From Gemmatimonadota bacterium (GTDB lineage Bacteria > JBHIER01 > G020348925): a stretch of DNA of 40,870 nucleotides. The first letter of the stretch is position 1; the number at the start of each line of letters is the position of its first letter. Of this stretch, positions 37,640 through 40,870 are shown in pieces. Made by a program: the position numbers and the translations under genes. The stretch spans positions 1,729,160 through 1,770,029 of the forward strand of contig CP070758.1 of NCBI GenBank assembly GCA_020348925.1. Direction: 5' to 3'. The notes beneath the pieces are model-generated. The model saw nothing but the letters and a program-made list of their open reading frames with translations, had not been told where the DNA came from and did no database searches.

Positions 37640-39415
37640 TTATGTTCGCCTGCTTTCCCCGAGATATTTGAGAATGACTAACGTGATATCATCCTGTTGC
37701 TGGCCTTTTGCTGCGAAGGCTTTGACCCGCTGAACGATCTTTTGACCGAGCGCTTCGGCACTCAAGCTGGTATCTTCACGTATGGTACGCAACAGGCCTT
37801 CCTCCCCGAACTCCTCCTCTTTCGAGTTCATGGCTTCCGTAACACCGTCTGTAAACATCACGATTTGGTCGTTCGGACGAAGACGGACCATCCCCTCCTC
37901 GTAAGGGACATCCCTCATCATACCCAGAACAAGCCCGCCTCTATCCAGAAGCTCCTGCGCGCCATCCCCTCGAACAAGAAATGGGGGATTGTGACCTGCG
38001 TTTGAGTACGCGAAAGTTTTTTCCTCGACGTCGAGCACGCCGTAGACGGCGGTGATGAACTTGTCGATATCCGTGTTCCGGACGGCCAAATTGTTCACGA
38101 TACTCATGATCTCACTGAGGGGTTTGTTCTCACCGGCAAGCGTCCGGAGCGAAGCCTGAAGATTGGCTATGAGTAATGCCGCCGGTGCACCTTTGCCTGA
38201 GACATCGGCAATGGCGATCGCAACTTTGGTTTGATGCAATGAAATGAAATCGTAGTAGTCGCCGCCGACCTGTTTGCTGGGAATGTTCAGACCGGCCAGG
38301 TCAAAGCCCTCCACAGGCGGGATCGATTTAGGAAGCAAGCCTTGCTGAATCCGGCTGGCGATGGACAGCTCCTCCTCGAGTCGCTCCTTCTCCAGGGCCT
38401 CTTCAAAAAGATGTGCGTTCTCGATAGCAATCATCCCCTGATTGGCCAGCGTGGACAGAAATTCAAGCTCGTCAAGGGTATAGGGCCCTCCGTACATTCT
38501 CTCCCCAAGCCCAATGATGCCCCGCGTTGCCCCCTGATGCCGCATGGGTACGACGTACGACAGGCCCCACCTGCGCAGCTCTCCCAGGCCCCTCTTCTCC
38601 CGAATACTCATTGGCTCCGAGATGAGGGTCAGTCGCTGCAGCAGACGGCCATCGATCGTCTCAACGTCGACATCCTTCAAACCCTGGGCGATCGAGTGTT
38701 CGATACGGTGTTCACGAAACACGAGAATAAGACTGCGGTTTATGGCCATCTGGCCCATGACGGCATAGGTCAGGAGCTGAAGAATCTTGCGGGGATTCAA
38801 CGAGGAGTTCAGTTCCTTGCCGATGTCAAAGAGGGTGTTGAGCTCCTGTATCTTGCGGTCGAGTCTTTTGTTGACGATGCGCAGCTGTTCGACGACGAGA
38901 CCGTTATGGACGGATGTACCGGCGATGTTGGTCAGGGAACTGAGAAAATCGATTTCAGCCGACTGATAATTATATCCCGTGGGCTTCGGCCCGAAGCATA
39001 CCAGGCCCATGGTTCTTTTTCCCGCCCGCATGGGCAGGACGAGCACGATCCCCAACTCCTGCAGAGCGGTTATCCATGCCTCTTTCCCCACCGCAGCATC
39101 TTCAACAAGCAGAGATTTTGAAGGGGCGGAGTCGAGGGCGAAGGTTAAGGAATCAAGCCGTTTCTCCATGATGCCCTTCGAGGTCTCAACTGTAAAGTTG
39201 ATTCCGTCTCGGCTCAGAAGAATGAGGCCCTTGCCGATGAGCATTTTTCCCATGGCCGTCAGCAGAACGTGATCCAATATGGATTTGAGACCGAGGGACG
39301 CATCGAGCCTTTGGGTCACCTCAAAGAGAGAGGTCAGCTCGACAAGGCGTTCGTCCAATTCGCTCTGCACATCGCCCTTCGAGTCCGCAGGGAATGCTTG
39401 TTCCGTTTTCTCCAT
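37640..39415 (-). CDS. rsbU: Tandem-GAF SpoIIE/PP2C Ser phosphatase (RsbU/RsbP-like)
   Basis: VGGDYYDF, IADVSGKG, NAGHNPP, FTDGVTE and DDITL; two GAF-like repeats at the N-terminus. Confidence 0.9.
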   Translation of the reverse strand: MEKTEQAFPADSKGDVQSELDERLVELTSLFEVTQRLDASLGLKSILDHVLLTAMGKMLIGKGLILLSRDGINFTVETSKGIMEKRLDSLTFALDSAPSKSLLVEDAAVGKEAWITALQELGIVLVLPMRAGKRTMGLVCFGPKPTGYNYQSAEIDFLSSLTNIAGTSVHNGLVVEQLRIVNKRLDRKIQELNTLFDIGKELNSSLNPRKILQLLTYAVMGQMAINRSLILVFREHRIEHSIAQGLKDVDVETIDGRLLQRLTLISEPMSIREKRGLGELRRWGLSYVVPMRHQGATRGIIGLGERMYGGPYTLDELEFLSTLANQGMIAIENAHLFEEALEKERLEEELSIASRIQQGLLPKSIPPVEGFDLAGLNIPSKQVGGDYYDFISLHQTKVAIAIADVSGKGAPAALLIANLQASLRTLAGENKPLSEIMSIVNNLAVRNTDIDKFITAVYGVLDVEEKTFAYSNAGHNPPFLVRGDGAQELLDRGGLVLGMMRDVPYEEGMVRLRPNDQIVMFTDGVTEAMNSKEEEFGEEGLLRTIREDTSLSAEALGQKIVQRVKAFAAKGQQQDDITLVILKYLGESRRT

Positions 39416-39461
39416 ATTACATTATGCGAACGGGAAATGAATGGATCGCCCCAGGCCCGTT

Positions 39462-39890
39462 TCAACTCTTCTTAAAATACTTCGTCATTTGCACCTGATT
39501 TCTGACTCCGGGTTCGATGTGAAAGTTGACATCGTCCATCACCGTTTTGATGATGTACAGACCGAATCCACCGAATTTATGCTGGGCCAGGAGCTTTTCG
39601 ATATTCGGTGTTTCGATGGCATCGGGATCGAACCCTCTGCCGCTGTCAGAAACTGTGATCGTCATCCCCCTTCTGTCGACCTTGGCTTCGACTTCAACGT
39701 ACTTTTCGTCTCCGCCGTCGTATGCGTGCCGAATGACGTTCGTGCACGCTTCGTCCAGAGCCAAAGCTATCTTATGGACGTTCTCTTCATCAAACCCGGC
39801 CTCATTCGCCAACTTCGATATGAACTCCCGTATGACATCCAAATAATCGGTGTGACTTGGCAGTTGTAAATGAACGTGTTTCTTCATCAT
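39462..39890 (-). CDS. rsbW: Anti-sigma factor Ser kinase (RsbW/SpoIIAB-like)
   Basis: ALDEACTNVIRHAY, DSGRGFDP and GGFGLYII..VMD. Confidence 0.88.
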   Translation of the reverse strand: MMKKHVHLQLPSHTDYLDVIREFISKLANEAGFDEENVHKIALALDEACTNVIRHAYDGGDEKYVEVEAKVDRRGMTITVSDSGRGFDPDAIETPNIEKLLAQHKFGGFGLYIIKTVMDDVNFHIEPGVRNQVQMTKYFKKS

Positions 39891-40369
39891 TGGGAAGTGT
39901 CGGATGTGAAGTTGATTTTTTCGTTTTTATCTTTCAGGAGATATTTTACCATACGGACTTCGTTCCGGACGCCTGGCTGGATGTCGTAATTGACCTCGTC
40001 CATGAGGGTTTTCATCAAATAGATTCCGAGGCCGCCGACCCGCAACTCGGCCAAATAGGCCTCCATGCGCGGGAGTTCAAGGGTCTTCGGGTCGAAGCCC
40101 TTGCCCCGGTCCGTCACAATAATAGCCAACTTTTGATAATCGATCTTTATAATTATACCTATATGATCCTCACCCTCTTTATCATAAGCGTGTTTGATGA
40201 CGTTCGTACAGGCCTCATCCACAGCAATTTGAATTTTATCGACATCATCATCGTGAAAACCCACCTTGGCTGAAACTTTGGAGACGAAATCTCGAATGAG
40301 TTCCAAATTATCCGTCTGGCTGGGTATCTTCAATTCGTACTGTTTTTCATCACTTTTCAAACTCACCAC
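39887..40369 (-). CDS. rsbW: Anti-sigma factor Ser kinase (RsbW/SpoIIAB-like), second paralogue
   Basis: AVDEACTNVIKHAY, DRGKGFDP and GGLGIYLM..LMD; the start may be GTG 40366. Confidence 0.88.
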   Translation of the reverse strand: MVSLKSDEKQYELKIPSQTDNLELIRDFVSKVSAKVGFHDDDVDKIQIAVDEACTNVIKHAYDKEGEDHIGIIIKIDYQKLAIIVTDRGKGFDPKTLELPRMEAYLAELRVGGLGIYLMKTLMDEVNYDIQPGVRNEVRMVKYLLKDKNEKINFTSDTSQ

Positions 40370-40456
40370 CTCCTCTTCCCTGTCTTGTTCTTCTCAACAT
40401 CTCGTCTGAAACCCCTCTCTCTCCAGACAGGGATCGGATTTTCGAGCGCAATGAAC

Positions 40457-40804
40457 CTACTCCGTAAAGCTGGTCAATGCTTCCTGTTCATTCTTAAAAA
40501 TTCTGTAGAGTTTGGGGAATCCGAGAAGATCGAAAATTTTGAAAACTTTTGGCGTCATGTTACTCATACGGATATCCCCGTTGTTCTCTCTGATCTTCTC
40601 AATGAAACCCATAAAGACCCCCAGCCCGGCACTGCTGATATAATCGAGATCGAAAAAATTGACGAGTATGTTATATTTATGCTCTTCGATCAAATCCTTA
40701 AAGGCTTTTTCCAGGTCCGGAGCCGTGTGAGCATCCAGGAAACCTTTGAGGTAAAGAACGGCGATATCCTGGTTCATTTTTTGAGTAACTTCAAAACCGG
40801 TCAT
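40457..40804 (-). CDS. rsbV: STAS-domain anti-anti-sigma factor (RsbV/SpoIIAA-like)
   Basis: LKGFLDAHTA and LDYISSAGLGV (phospho-Ser); GAGGAGG RBS. Confidence 0.9.
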   Translation of the reverse strand: MTGFEVTQKMNQDIAVLYLKGFLDAHTAPDLEKAFKDLIEEHKYNILVNFFDLDYISSAGLGVFMGFIEKIRENNGDIRMSNMTPKVFKIFDLLGFPKLYRIFKNEQEALTSFTE

Positions 40805-40870
40805 TGGTAAACCTCCTCTAATAGTAAATATTTTTTACATAACACGGCGAAGCCCTAACCTTGAAACTGT

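Overview
Bacterial genomic scaffold with one 100-N gap (4431-4530). The gene content suggests a diderm FCB-group or candidate-phylum organism (inference): an LPS heptosyltransferase, a GWxTD protein, a dockerin and proteins ending in a 'QNYPNPFNP' sorting domain. Left to right: partial PfkB kinase and waaF-like GT9 (minus strand); THEP1-type NTPase; smg-topA, cut by the gap; four accessory genes (CREST/ceramidase-like, Tat-signal ATC-hydrolase-like, DUF523/TudS-like, NTF2-like lipoprotein); OPT transporter followed by an aminopeptidase remnant; GWxTD gene; DUF2723+TPR gene frameshifted in a T10 tract; cupin; SpoIVB/S55 peptidase; an archaeal-type gatE-gatD pair; Phd-VapC toxin-antitoxin pair; polytopic ferredoxin plus HMA protein; PEGA pseudogene; an unusual sdhA-wrbA-sdhB-fumC operon with no membrane anchor gene; three minus-strand secreted proteins; and an rsbV-rsbW-rsbW-rsbU partner-switching cluster. 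The three secreted proteins are a TSP3/sorting-domain protein, an S74-chaperone fibre protein and a 1362-aa clan-CD-like protease with a dockerin; the first and third share homologous 3' flanks. No rRNA, tRNA, CRISPR array or transposase was recognised. All calls come from motif recognition by eye; no database searches were run.
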